A DNA stretch of 64,000 nt, taken from Owenia fusiformis (taxonomy: Eukaryota). Location of the stretch: contig CAIIXF020000001.1 in assembly GCA_903813345.2 (NCBI GenBank), positions 3,162,001 to 3,226,000 on the forward strand, in the 5' to 3' direction. This document shows positions 40,801-55,800 of the stretch, one piece after another. Made by a program: the position numbers and the translations under genes. The first letter of the stretch is position 1. Every line of letters begins with the position of its first letter. Below the pieces are notes generated by a model. The model ran no database searches. It saw only the letters and a list, made by a program, of their open reading frames with translations, and had not been told where the DNA came from.

Positions 40801-43800
40801 CACTTTTCCGACTCCAAACTGAGTTGTTAGAGATGGCACTTACATCTCTCGATTTTGTTTCACAAAATGACTAATATCTGAAACTGATATACCTGAAACG
40901 TCAGTGTAAAGGATGAATCAAATCCGAAATTATTCAAGAAGACGAGGTTATATATAAAAACGATGAAATAAAACTAAAAACCTCTCTGGTTTTATGTAAT
41001 TCTCGTCTCTGGAATGTCTGAAGACTACCTAAACCCCAAAGACTTTTGCCAAAAATAAATGAAACTAAAAATATTATTAGTAACTAGAACCCACAGGAGT
41101 AATTGTATAGGTTCTAAATAGCTGACTAACGCTGATATAATAGTTATCACTTTTGTTTGTTTTTGACTTTACTTGGGCCAGACCTCCATTCACTTCAATG
41201 CTAGAAACGTGCAATAGTCACTTAATTTCATGATTTATCAAAAAGTGTTGGTTGAATCTGTCTGAAACTCGAATGACATACTATTGGATGACCCTGTCAA
41301 TGTACATATTGTGATTAAACATGAAATGTTGGTTGTCATACAAATTAGCCAAGGTTTGAATGAATTTTAGCATTGCTCCAATGGGGATTTGGCCCAAGTT
41401 TTTTCAAATGTCATGGAAAATGATTTAAATGACACAACTGTGTAAATCAAAGCTATATTGGAGAAAATTTGTCACTGAATTCAAATATGCTATCAAAAAT
41501 AGAGATAATAGAGATAAAAAGTGCAAATCTCTTAAAATCTCGACATGAAAAAACGAGAGTTTTCTATTGCACACGGTAGAATTTAAATGCACGCGAGTAA
41601 ATTGTTATTTTATATATGTTCTTCTAATATGAATAAAAAAAATTGATGCCATCTCTATATTTATCATTGCCGAAATTATGTACAAGGGAGGTACTGTATA
41701 TTGTTGCAATTCACAATTTCAGGGAAAATAGGCTGTAATCGGCCCTTGTGCCCTGGAGTAGAAATAAGCGATATCTAGGACAAAACATTTCGTATCATTA
41801 AATTTAAACCCCTTATTTATGTAAAATTCTTTAAAATTGTACTTACTGCAATATGATACTGCGAGCCCATCGTCTTCACTGGTAGGGTAAAACAGGTTAA
41901 TTGTATTAAATAAACACAAAACTAAATAGTGGATTCTTTATATTTATGATCATTCAAACACTTTTTATTACTAGTGCATTTAATCATCTCAGCGTTTGCA
42001 TATTCTTTGACAATATTGTCTGTAAATCCAGATCCCCTAAACGTATACGTATATTGCTTGCTATACTCACGAATGAACAAATTATTTACCCAAAGAAATA
42101 TACATAATGTATCGCCTTTTTTAATGTTCACGGACGTTAAAAAATCAGATAAACTAAGGAAATGGTTAACTCATTTTATGTTTGATTTGTTTGATAAGGC
42201 GTAATGTAGGCCTACTTGGCTACCGCAGCGTCCATCGTACAAACGCGAAAACGGACGCTCTTAATCAATGATCAGTTCACATTTCCACATCCAAAAGTAT
42301 TTCATTTTTATTTTCAGTTTATACATAATGTGTAATGTCATTTCTGTATATTCACATGGATTATAATGATGATAAATACATGTTTTACATTCTTACAGTT
42401 AATTTCATGTTTCAAAAATGTTAATAGTACGCAACAATTTCAAGACAACAGTAAGCGTTCTAAAATGCTGAAAATCATATGCGTTCAAAGTATAATAAAT
42501 AATACACTCATTTACAAATAAGTGACTTTGGTATATTTGCAACGAGTTACTTACAAATCAACGTTTATAGGGACAACATTTTGGGCCAATATTAACGAAA
42601 TCCTTGAATGCCAAGCTTGTTAATAAGCATTAATTTTTCGATATTGTAAGATGCCCAGCGTTCGTAAAATATAACTACATTGTATACTGTATATGAGGCA
42701 TAGATCAGGTCGAATTATTTATAATGAAAAAAACAAACATTACGTTTCATTCATATTCATGCATATCTTATTTCCAATACACAAATTTCAAGTATTTACT
42801 TCATTTGCACACTAAATTACGTTAACAGATACAATCTAACAAACATCAGCGTTTGCAAAAATACGAAAATCACGTGCGTTCATAGCATAATAAAAAGTTA
42901 CCTCAGTTAGTTTGCAATACAATTTCTTTAATTACTTGACCAGTAACGTATTATTCACCATTCATAGGGACATTATTCAATCTACTATATTCGGGCCGAT
43001 ATGCAATTAAACCTTGTCAACTTTGTTGAAACGCGTTTACTATACGATGTTGTAAGATACCCAGCGTCTGTTAAATCAACTTAAATCAAACTGAGACCGA
43101 GTCGATTTATTAAGACCGACCTAAACAAACATAAATAAATAAGAATAGATTATTCATTCTCAGTTGATGACATATTTCCCTGTGTATATAAACGCGTTAT
43201 TTTGGGCCGATTTTGGGCCGATCTTGGCACTTTAGCGACATACATTTTCCCATCGGCCGAATCGGCCCAATGGCACTCAAAGGGTTAATTGTCTAATCAG
43301 GTTAAATGGAAGAATATGTTATCTTTTGAATATCATTGTACCATTGGTTTCTATGAGAACTAAAATTTTGAAATGCATTTTTGTCTAAACCATTTTGATG
43401 CACAAATGAGTTAGTTCCTCGCTTATTCATGAACCAATTTTCTTAATTTTTTGGCACAAAACACAAGGGAATGGATTTTATGAATTGAAAAAGTCCTTCA
43501 AAAACCACATATTGAAATTTAATTAAGTTACACATAACACATTTTGATAAAATTTGGTAAGACTACAATATAAGCAATACAATATAAGTGGTTTTAACTT
43601 TATATGGGGGCTTTGAGTATTGATTATTCAATGCAGTGCAGTTATATGAAATACGGTGTTCAGATGGGCTGGAATCGAACACACCCTACCTAGCTATGTG
43701 TGAAAATGACTTTTCAGTAAAACCTGAGTGCAAATAGTGACATTTTGCCCTAGTTTTACAAAATTAAAGAATATAAGATGAAAAATAACTTCTTAATTCT

Positions 43801-46800
43801 TGACATCTACTACATAATTTGTACACCTACTTGTTGCACAAGTTGCTCCAGTGTAACCAGTCTTACAACGACAAGTAAATCCACCATCTTTGGCAGATCC
43901 AGTGTTAGAGCATGTTCCATCAAATTTACAAGGATTTGGATGGCAATCATCCCTGGCTATAACAAACAAGCAATATTTATTAAAACCTTATTTCCATTCA
44001 CAATAAAATAATTATATAAAAATATTCTTGATTATTTGCAATTTTTAATCATATATTTTTAAATTGGACACTGGGATGTAATAATAAAATTTAAGCTTTG
44101 ATTGGCTTCAATGGTATAATTGTTATCTTCATAAAAATATACACTGAGCAACTATTCATTCCTGATTTACTTTCAATGGTTTTCCATGATTGTATATGGC
44201 ACATGTTTAGGTTGAGAGCAATAAATATGTAAATCATTCAAGGGCAGCAAACAGGGAAACAGTATTACAAATTAAAAATTAGTCAATATTGGGATTCTAG
44301 TGATTTAATACATGTTACAAAAAATAATAAATGACTCGAAAAACAGCAACTATCTTATTGGCGTAGCATATTCAACTGTAGCTATATTTTGAATTCTGCA
44401 GCCATCTTGAAAATACCCTCTATACTAAAGTCCAGCATATAATATTAGGATCAAATCTGGCAATTGAGTTATTGAAAATTTTGTCCACTCAGAGACAACA
44501 CCAATCTTTACCAACTCAATCTATTTCCACCCATTGATGATAAAAATGATATCTCTCACAAATCTTTTATAATATATTAATGCATAAAATAACTAATATA
44601 GTACTACACCATACCCCAGCAATCATAATTATACATACCATGTTCACATAGATCACCAACGAATTGGGCAGTACATGTACAGATTGCTTTCCCAGGTCCA
44701 TCAGCACACCGTCCACCATTTTTACATGGATTACGATCGCATTCATTCAGATTGTCTAAAAATAATGAAACAGACATTCAGTAGAGTTGAAGTAGTAGCC
44801 CAAATCAATGAATTGAAATTAACTCATGGATGTGGGTCGCCCATATATTTGACTCAGTAAACCCAAAGTAATAGAGTAGAAGTAAAACCTTCAATTTAGA
44901 GATCACTTCCTCACAGCATCGCTTCAAAAAACAAACAAACTGAGACTTGATTTTCAAGAAAATTGTTTCTGGGTGAGACTGACAGTAAAATATCTGATCA
45001 AAATCCAAAATGGCCACATTAACATTTACCCAGAATACCTAAACCTAATAACTTTCCTTGGTAGAAATATCCCTGAAAATTCAGATAAATCCCTCAAACA
45101 GTGGAAACCTCTAGATAAGCCATAACACACAATTTTTGTGCAAATAATAACATAGTAATGGATAAATCATATGATACACTGTAGTAATGGTTTGTGGATT
45201 TGTCCCCTGGGCATATATTTTGTTTGTTTCTAACTTTTGCAAGGACTATCATCCTTCTAATTAAATAAAATACTCACCAATTTGACAAAAGTCTCCAGTC
45301 AGCCCAGTAGGGCATTTACAGATTGCCTTACCAATAGAATCAATACATTCTGAGTCATGCCTACATGGATTCCTTGGGGCACATTCATTTTTATCTGAAG
45401 GAATATAGAAATTCAGTTTAATCTTTAAATTCAACATTCCAATTTGTTGCCTAACACAATAAGTTGTTGGTTTTTTCTTTCTGATTATTCCAAAATTATA
45501 TTAGATCACACTCATAGGGTACATTCCTAGAGTTTTAGCTATGATTTATATAGTATATACATGCACACAGCCACAGTATTAACAATAGTTGATTATACTT
45601 TGAATTCTGGATTCGAATGATCATTGTTATTGTGATCTGAATAAAAATTCTGTTTGTTTGCATAATTATGATTTATTGACAATTCAGTTATCATAATTGC
45701 TACCATTTTCAGCTGAATCCTACATTTTAATGGTCCTGCTTTTCTAATTATCTTGATTGTTACATCTATTGTGATTTCTAAGATTATTGAAATCATTAAT
45801 TATACATGTTGATGATTCAGTAATTTTGGTAATAGAAATAGCTAAATAATTGCCACAATAATTACGTTCTTTACACCATGGAGCCGAATAGTACATTTCA
45901 GTGATTCTATAATTATATTTTTGGAATTAGATATATTGTCAGGATTATTACAGCATAACAATTGTGATCTGAATCATACATTAATATAATCAAGTAATTC
46001 TTCTGTACCTTAATGTTTGAAAAGAAAAAATATATAGCACAGTACAATCTTTAAAATAATGAGGTAACTCACTATAAACAGGAATAATACAACACACTAA
46101 ATGCGAGTAGAAATAATCTTGATTAAACTAACTAGTATTTAATATTCAAAATTCAGCTAAAGTGATGTCATATCTCAAATCTACATGTAAAATTACATCT
46201 AGAAATGCAGTTTTAAAAAGTGTTTATTAACTTTGAAAATTTAAATTTCTTTAAAAATGTAACAATAAGATAGATTCACCATACACCCCATTCTATATAT
46301 ATCTTTTATCGACTCTTTAGATGTCATATCATGACATATTAGTAAAATCAAAAAAAGTGAAACATCTTTTCTTATAAAGGACTGATAATATTTTCTTTTA
46401 CTGGAACTATTTTAATTTGTCTAACTTTCATATACAAAAGGGTAATATGAAAATTGAACCAATGAAACTGAAGAATGGTGCTGGTGCTGAAAAAGGTAGC
46501 TACCTACTACCTTGTACTTGCATCTGGGTAATTTTCATGCATAGTTCATTCTTGTTGAACCAGCACAATTGTGAAGATCACAACTATCATTACTATTGTG
46601 CCATATACATCAAAATAAAAATCTGAGTAACAGGATTGTTCTCAATTGTTTATTCTAGATAATTAAGAAAGCAGTGACAATTGTTATGATTGTGATGTAG
46701 GGCTATATATATATATATTCTTTTATTGACTCTTATATATGTCAGTCTCTCCGACACATGGGTCACTATACAGTTATTTACATGTGTTTTATATACAAAT

Positions 46801-49800
46801 ATACAGTCATAAGCAAAATGGAAAAATACAAAAATCATTACATCATGATTCTAATGTAGTGTTGATATATACATCCAGACTGAAAACACCTTTTGAAATA
46901 GGCTTGACAAACATAATTGCTACAAAATGTACATTCTATGATACAAACTAAATTTACAAATATTTACAAACTTATACAATGTTAAAGACTGGATATGAAT
47001 GCTCTTACATTGTTACAATCTATGAGGAATTTGGCAAAATATTTTAATATGTTAATTTTGCTGTTCATGATCTCCTTTATTAAGAATTCAGGCATTAAGT
47101 TGCTAATAGGAATATTTTCAGCTAGTATTTTGAAGAATATTGCTCTCTGGTTTGTATAAGAAGGGCAGTAAAAAATTAAATGTAGTTCATCCTCTATTTG
47201 ATTTAGGTTACAATTTAAACAGAGTCTATCTTTTAGTTGTATCTTTTGTCCATTTTTCTTTTTGTGTCTACCAATTTCAATTTCTAATCTGTGGTTACTT
47301 AGCCTTATTTTGCATAATATGTTTCTAAGTTTTCTGTTTTTTATCATAAGGTAAGGCTCTTTTTTGAATTCAACTTTGAATAAAGAATATGTTCTTAGGC
47401 ATGGGTTTTTTGAGTGATCGTTGATTACAGCAAGCCATTGGTTTTTGTAAAGAGATCTTAATTTATTTGATACTTTAAGATGAAGTGTTAAATATGATTG
47501 AATGTTAATATCAGATTTTAAATGATTATCCCACATATCTTGTAAATCACATTCTTTCAAAATATTTTTGATTTGTGACACCCATGATTTCCCACCGCAA
47601 TGATAGATTTGAAGGTTCTGTTGATACGCTATATTAAGTTTGTGTTGAGATTGAAGAGTTAGTAATCGACACCAATATTGGTTTACTCTAGCTGAATCAC
47701 CATGATGATAGTTATGGTTGCACAAGTGTTCTGAATAGTGGACACAACTCTCAATATTGTAGATGCGTGATTGTTGAGAATCTAATCAGATTATATATGA
47801 ATTGCTAAATTGTGAAGTTTGTACCATTGTTGAATACCCCCCCCCCCCTTTCTCTGAAGTCTGAAATGTTACCTTCTTCACAGTTGGCGCCTATGTATCC
47901 TCGAACACATCTACATGTGTATTTATTAAGGCCATCAACACAAGTTCCTCCATTCTTGCATGGTCTAGTTTTGCAATCATCTGGGTCTGAAAATGTAAAG
48001 GTTAAGCTTTGCAAATGTGTATTCATCATTCACTTACTATTTTTCATGACTTTAATAAAAGTTGTTTTAGAGATTTTTGAAAAAAATATATTGAAAAAAT
48101 GTTGTCAAATTTTGATTTCTCAAATATTTCACATTTTCCTCCTTTTTTCAAATAAAATCAAACATTAACCATCAAATATTCCACTATACAGTGCCAAACA
48201 CATTATCTTTTAAACACCAATGGAAAGATTGGACAAAGGTCACACTATTTCAATAACAAAATGCCATGTGCTTCTTAAATATCTACATTTCTAGTTTAAT
48301 AATGTCCTATATAATTTTTTACATTTAAAACATATTTCTATTACAGTTTTATATACTGTACCTAAATTAATGTAAAATCGGCATGAAAATTGCCGCCATT
48401 TTCTAAAACCTGTTTCCGAGCAGAACTTTTACCCCCCAAGGGCATATGTGTACAGAATATGAACAAACTGGGCCAACAGTATTTGAGTTATGCAGACTTT
48501 GTTAACAGTTTATAAAAAGCGTGAAAACAGCCATGTTCACTTTATTAAACCTGTTTTCTTAATTATTTCGGCAAAGAACATGTGTACAATTACAATTTGT
48601 ACTTAAAAGCAAAAATTAGACATACTTATTTCACATGTGGTCCCAGAAGATCCAGCAAGACATGCACAACTGGCTCTACCAGCAGACACAGTACATCTTG
48701 CTCTATTCTTACATGGATTGGGTCGACAACTCGTTAAATCTCCCTGTCCTATAATAAAACGGTTTTGCATTATATTGTAGAACAATACTTTATTAGTTAT
48801 CAGAAAAATGTAATATTCAGGTTACACATCAAAGTAATATGAATCATAATTTGTATTTTACCAATGAACTTCACAGATAAGTTAATAATATTGCAATATA
48901 ATCTCATGAATGATGAATGTATGATACATCAATAATGGTTTTAATGGTTGTATCAATGAATATAATTATTTTACTCAAAACAAAACCTTGTATTATAAGA
49001 TTCTTTTGATTCAATTTAATGATAATATATTTCAATACAATTGTAATGCTCGATTCTATTGATTTTGACGATTAATATAAAGTACTATGTATTTGATTCT
49101 AATGATTCAATTGGCCCTGAAAAGGTTCATTTATGGCAACAGCTTATAAGAATGTTTTAAAATGAAACTTCACAGATAAGTTAATAATATTGCAATATAA
49201 TCTCATGAATAAACTTTTTACTATTGATGAATCGTTTGTCACATATTTTTCTATAGTAGAGAGAGATCATTATTATCAATAATGCTTTTATTTTAATTAT
49301 GGAAAACAAGATAAACAATACATTAATAAAAGCATACATTAGGCAAGTTAAGATTCTTGTTGGAAGTATAACATGTTCTAAAAAAGTCAAGTACAATGTT
49401 AAGTATAATATTTTGAGACTCTTGAAAGTTGGCATTCTTTAAAAAAGAGAAATTCTACTTGGTCGTTTTGATTTGTACATGTGTTTATATTATAAAGTAG
49501 GTTATTTTGCCTTAGTGTAGCAATCATTTCTCTTTTCATTCATTCAGTGCATATAAATAAAATAAATAAAAAAAAACACAAATTCACACGACGATTGTAA
49601 CGATTTCATTCAATACACTATAAACTCATGTCCCTACTCTTTGTAATGGTATTTCATTCATTCACATGCGATCATGGTTGACTGAATAATCATTCCTTAT
49701 GCATAGTGGGCCAAACTGTATATGCCACATCAGGCAAACCTTCCTACAGCACCTGGCACTGACTTTTTCGATGTTAAAATTTTGGTCCCAAGCAGATTTT

Positions 49801-52800
49801 GGTCCCCTTGCAAAATAAAGGATTATTTGGCCAAATATGACACCATGTAAATGAATGACATGCCATTGCAAAGAGATTAAAAAAACATGGATTTCTGGTA
49901 CACTGAATGAAACTGATATACAGGGTGGGCAAAAAAAAACGCCACTTTTTTTCAAAATGCTATAACTTTTTTAATTTTTGATAAAAAATCATAATTTGCA
50001 TACCAAATGGAACTTTTACTTGAATAAAATATGTCACCAGCGTCTCACTTAAACATGTGAGGTGCCATGAGAAATAAGCATAATTTGCAAAATGTTCCTG
50101 AACTGATACGGCCTGATGACTGTCAAGCTAGTAGCTCTAATGCAAACCCCAGTGAGTATAGGGTATGGTAAGGTCTCCAGGAGATGGTATGAAGGCACCC
50201 AATCTAAAAAATTGCTCAACTAAAGCTGGCAATTAAGACACGGTGAAAAAAATATAGCTAACATTTCATTGATACTGCTATATCAGCAAGGCGACTAAAA
50301 CTAAAATCTATCATCAAATAGGGTGGCGGACCAATTGAACTCCTCTTTTAGATCAAATATAATCCCAGTTGAAGGACTTGTTACATTATTATTACTAAGA
50401 ACCCTTGGCACTATATAACTGCAAAATTTCAAGTATGTAGGTTGGAAAATAAAAAAGTTATAGTGTCTTGAAAAAAGTGGTGTTTTTTGGGTTTTACAAC
50501 TTATTTGTTTGTTGCATGTTTGAAACAAACAGTATGGCAAATGGGCAAATAAGGAGGAAGTATTAAGCACTTTCAGGGGATCCACATGGACACTTGTTAT
50601 CAGTTACTCCAATAAAACTGTGTGAAAAAGAGAAAAAAATATTTTAACATAAAATCAACTCATAGTCTATCTAAGATTTTCTCCATGTTCATTGATAATT
50701 AGAGCTTGGCTGTAAATAAAATCAAATATCAATCAGAGTAGATTCTTTCACCAGGGAAAGAATATTAAATCCATATCCATAGGGCATGCAATCATATGTT
50801 TTTTCACTCAAAGAACAGTATTCTACATTTCTTCTTTTAATGTGCCTATATTCTTCAATGTTGTCCCTGCCCTTTTTACTTGATTATTGAATTTAGATAA
50901 TGATTTATAAATTTCTTGATTATCATTTAATGACGGCTTTGATACATGGCTAAATAATATTTTGCTCAACCATCAATTCAAACTATAAGAGTAAAGTGTT
51001 CACCATCACTTACTTTCATCATCACAAAGTGCACCAGGGTGTTCTGGGGGGCAATCACATGTGGACACACCATTGACATGTACATGACATGTACCTCCAT
51101 TTTTACATTTGTTAACAGCACATGCTTCCGAAACCTGAGTTTTGACCACTTTATTGTAAAAAATAGAATGTGTGTAAATATGAGAACAGATAACAGTTTT
51201 GACATGCAAAAATTAGATTTAAATGCAAAACATCATGCATAAGAGTTAAAACATGCAAGTTAAATAATGTCAAGTTATGACATGCAACAATTAGATGAGA
51301 GTGAAAACACCATGCATTACTGTAAGTTGAAAACATGCATTTTAATGTCAAGGACAGATTGTTTATCTCTCCATCACATTTGCTCCATGGTTATTATAGT
51401 AAACAGTGGTCATAGTTCTCCAAACATTGAGAAAATCTACTGCAGTCAATGGAAATCTACAGTTGACTCAAGGAAGCGCTATGGTTTATCTCTGTGACTG
51501 GCCACATGGTCACATGGTAATACTCCCTTTGGGGCTACTTTGCATCTGCCTTGGTACTATAGCTACCTTAGGAAAACCCTAAAGAATTGCATCATCACTC
51601 CAAAGGCGATTAATTTTGTATTATGCTGGGAATGTTATAAGAATACTCCTTCCACATGTAATCTGCATCCTGGCTTACCACCTGTGACTTGCTGGGTGAA
51701 AAATACTTTTAATTATGGTAAAAATCCTATACTAAGTATCATAGGACATTGCATACTATGTTTCAGGAAGATTAATTTTTTTTTGTTACAATATGACCAT
51801 TAATTGCTTGTCATATTGCAGATATATTAATGCTCTCTGGCAATAAATTTGACAATTTACATCATAGCTCACAACTACTTATAATTTTTGCACAGAGGCA
51901 ACAAGGTGTTCAAGCTTATCAATTAACTTTGTGGAACTCTGTTTAATCTTTCCTGCCTGACTGTAAATACTGTTTAACATGCATGACTAGCAACCCATTC
52001 TGTGAATGTTTCTAAGTGGTAAGACATTTCCATGCTTCCCTAAAACTCCAATAAGGTGAATGACAAATGCAACAACATTCAACATGCAAAGTGTGTTAAT
52101 ATAAGTATCCAATGCAAGATAAAAAACAATATTTCAACCTGGACTTGTGCCACCAGTAGTTGATTTGGTAAGGCAAGTTGGGCCTTTCCAGCCTGATGCG
52201 CATGCGCATGTGAAACGTGTTCCTGCAACTGTGCATTTACCACCATTTTTGCATGGATTGGGTGAACATTTTCCAGTTGCTGCTCCACCTAAAACAAATA
52301 CTATATCTCTAGAAAAACTCAAAGATGGGTGGACTCTTAGGTTTCTCTCCTAGACAATCAGTGATGTCCAATCATAATCATGCCCGGTTATTGGAAAAAA
52401 TGAATGGAGGGGAGGGGAGTAGTTGATTTTTGCTAGAACTTTCAACCAGTCTAGAAGATTTTCTTCTCGAGAAAGTTTACAATTAAATTGCTAAATGAAT
52501 AGGTGCATGAGACAGGATATATGTTATGTATTCTAGGATTTTTTGAACTGATTGGCTTCCAAGATATACTTAATCCAGTGTTGAGTTCTGCTCAACTCAT
52601 GTGCTGTATCTTAGAATTTCAAAAGAATCCAAAATTACAGTCAAAAATCGATCATTGCTTGAGATATCACTCATTTTCTTTCAGAAAAAATGATCTTGTC
52701 AGAACAGTTCGATGATTTTCACATAGATTGGGTACATTTTTCCAATACATTTATACTTTATATTGCTGAAGAACAAGTACAAGTCAAGCCATTTTTACTT

Positions 52801-55800
52801 GTTTTTGTGCATTTTCTGGTAGTGTCACTTTGGATACAAGCAAAAGCTCAATATCTCTATTCTCTAAATCAATTACTTAAGTTGCATTCATTACAATTTT
52901 ATGAGAATCCTCTAAAATAACAGCATGAAGCGGCCCGCTGTGCGCTCTCATAATGAAAAGGGTGGTTCTTGTATTTTGCTAATATAGAAAGTGCTTTGGT
53001 GCAAGTAGCTTGCAGAGCCAACAAGGGGAGAAATCTGGGAGAATGCTACTAAAATTTGTATGAGCATGGGTCAGTTAAATGCTTTGCACTTTTGACCCGA
53101 TATGCCGCTTAACCCACCTGAGGCCCTAAGTGTACATGTTGTGCCTCTCCAGCCTGACGCGCATTTGCATGTAAAACGCGTTCCTGCAGCTGTGCATGTT
53201 CCACGATTTTTACATGGATTGGGTACACATTTGTTGGTACTGCCACCTGCAATGCATTTATATTTTATACTGCTGAAACACCTGTACATGTTCCTATATT
53301 GTTTAAGCATTTTCGCGCCTTTGCTGGAAGTGCAAGCTTGGATACAAACAGCAGGTTTTTCACAATTAATAAACGCTTTGCATTTTTGACATGATGTGCC
53401 GCTTTACCCACCTGGAGCCCTAAGTGTACATGTTGTGCCTCTCCAGCCTGACGCGCATTTGCATGTAAAGCGCGTTCCTGTGGCTGTGCATGTTCCACGA
53501 TTTTTACATGGATTGGGTGAACATTTATTCTGTGTACATGTTGAACCACTCCAGCCCGAAGCACATTTACATGTAAAACTCGTTCGTGTGGCTGTGCATG
53601 TTCCACGATTTTGACATGGATTGGGTGAACATTTGTTGGTACTGCCACCTGCAATAGATTTATACTTTATACTGCTGAAATGCCTGTTCATGTTCCAACA
53701 TTTTTGCAAACATTTTTGCACCTCTCCAGCCTGACGCGCATTTGCATGTAAAGCGTGTCCCTGCGGCTGTGCTTGTTCCACAATTTTAAATGGATTGTGC
53801 ACATTTGCTGGTTCTGCCACCTACAATAGATTTATGCTTTATACTGTTAAAGTGTTCATGTTCATGTTCTAACATTTTCACATGGATTGGGTTCACATTT
53901 ACTGATAATGCCACCGGCAATCTCTCTCTCATTTTGTGCAATTTTAAGGAATCTTGCTTACATTTGTACATTTGTCTTAATAATGGTCACTAATAGCAAC
54001 TTGGTAACAGGTGTGTTGACAATTTCCATGAAAAGCCTGTTTTTCATTTAAAATATGTCCTGAATAGAGTTATCTTGTTGAGAATATCTTTGGGAAGTCA
54101 TGTCTACATGAGTCTTTGTTTGAATGTCTGCAGAAAATAACAAGTTTTTAAGGATATGGGAGACTGGCTGCAATATGAAAATAATTGTGATACTAAAAAG
54201 TTGAAAATACCATGGGTTCTGGGATCACATGGTGAATGTACATTCTAGACATCATTGTTAATTGTATACACTTAGCCACTTGTATATGTGCTACACTGTA
54301 TAAGGTCATTTAATCCTTTGAGAACACTATAATTATCCTTAAGCTTCAACCAAATAAACAACAATAAGCAACATTTTACCTCTAACCCTCTAATCTGATA
54401 TTGATACTGGATAGATTTGTTTCCTCACCATTTAAAGGACATAACAAGGACTTTCATTTTCCAGTCACAGTTACAAAAAGACCAGAACATGACTGAATAA
54501 AAATTAACTAAGCATTTTCATGATAAAACGTCACCATACAGTAGTTCACAATATTATTAGTTCAATCTTAAGTCAGATTTGAATTTCTGAGAAGTCTGTA
54601 GATGATTTTGAAATAAAAATTGGTCAATTTACAAACAAGGTGAAAAAATACCTTTTTTGACCCTTAGAATGTCATTGAAGGTGAAATCTCAAAGTCAGAT
54701 TTGAACTTCTGAAAACTTGTAGATGATTTTGAAAAAAATTGGTCAATTCAAAGCAAGTTGAAATGTTACCATTTTGACCTTGAGAATGTCATTGAAGGTC
54801 AAATACATAATCAGATTTGAACTTTTGAGAACTTGTATATTATTTTTGTAGAGAACTTGTAGATGATGTTAAAAAATTGGTCAATTTGAAGCAAGTTGAA
54901 AAATACCTTTTGGACCTTTTTTGACCTTGAGAAAGCCATTGAAGGTCAAATCTTAAATCTCAAGTCAGACTTTTGACACTTTATGTTAAAACTTTAATAC
55001 CATTCTTTTAATAAACTTTAATTTAACTAAGAATATAGCATATAGTACCTCTTGTCTCACATGTAGTTCCTGTCCACGGAGGTCTGCAGGTGCATTTAAA
55101 GTTTGTTCCCACTCTACCACATCTACCAGCATTCTTACATGGGTTTGGTAAGCAGGGGTTTACTACTAGAAAATGTAAAAACTAATAAGTATTTAAACAA
55201 CAGGAAGAACAACTATAGGCATTCCCGTCGAACAAATCTTTTTGTGATTTGTAACTCTACTTCTGTCATGCACTAAAATACCTATAGCCGACAAGCTAAT
55301 TTGTTCCAATAATCAAGGTTTTTAAAACATTATGACAACTTTTCTCCATTAACTTAGGGTAGAGTCACCATTTCTACTTAAATGATCAGTTATATTCCAT
55401 AGTAAAACAAACTAGAAACCGGCAACTCCAGGGAGTAGCAAATCCCAACGAACACTATATGAATCATGAATCTGTATAGTCACAATGTAATATTTACCAT
55501 CTACTCTTCCCGGCAATAAACACTTTTGATCATTGTAGTATCATGTAACCATACTTAAAGATTACTCTAAGTAATGGTGAATTCCTGCTCTGGGCAGCTA
55601 TTTTGAATTTTACAAGGCCCAAATCAGAAATATGATACAATATGAGCAATCTACGCTAAATTGCCTTTCAATTGAGTATATTAAAGTCACACTTCCAAAA
55701 CAGCTCAAAATTAATGCAAATTTCTGTTTTCCCATTCACGGCCCCTGGGGGTCAGGGTGAAAAAGACTATTTATGAAAGCGTTATATGTTTTGAATAAAC

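Noticed and set aside
22701-53993. Plus-strand ORFs with HVPPFLHG-like motifs (22701, 37644, 47812, 52147, 53102, 53396)
   Set aside because: Antisense shadows of EGF exons.
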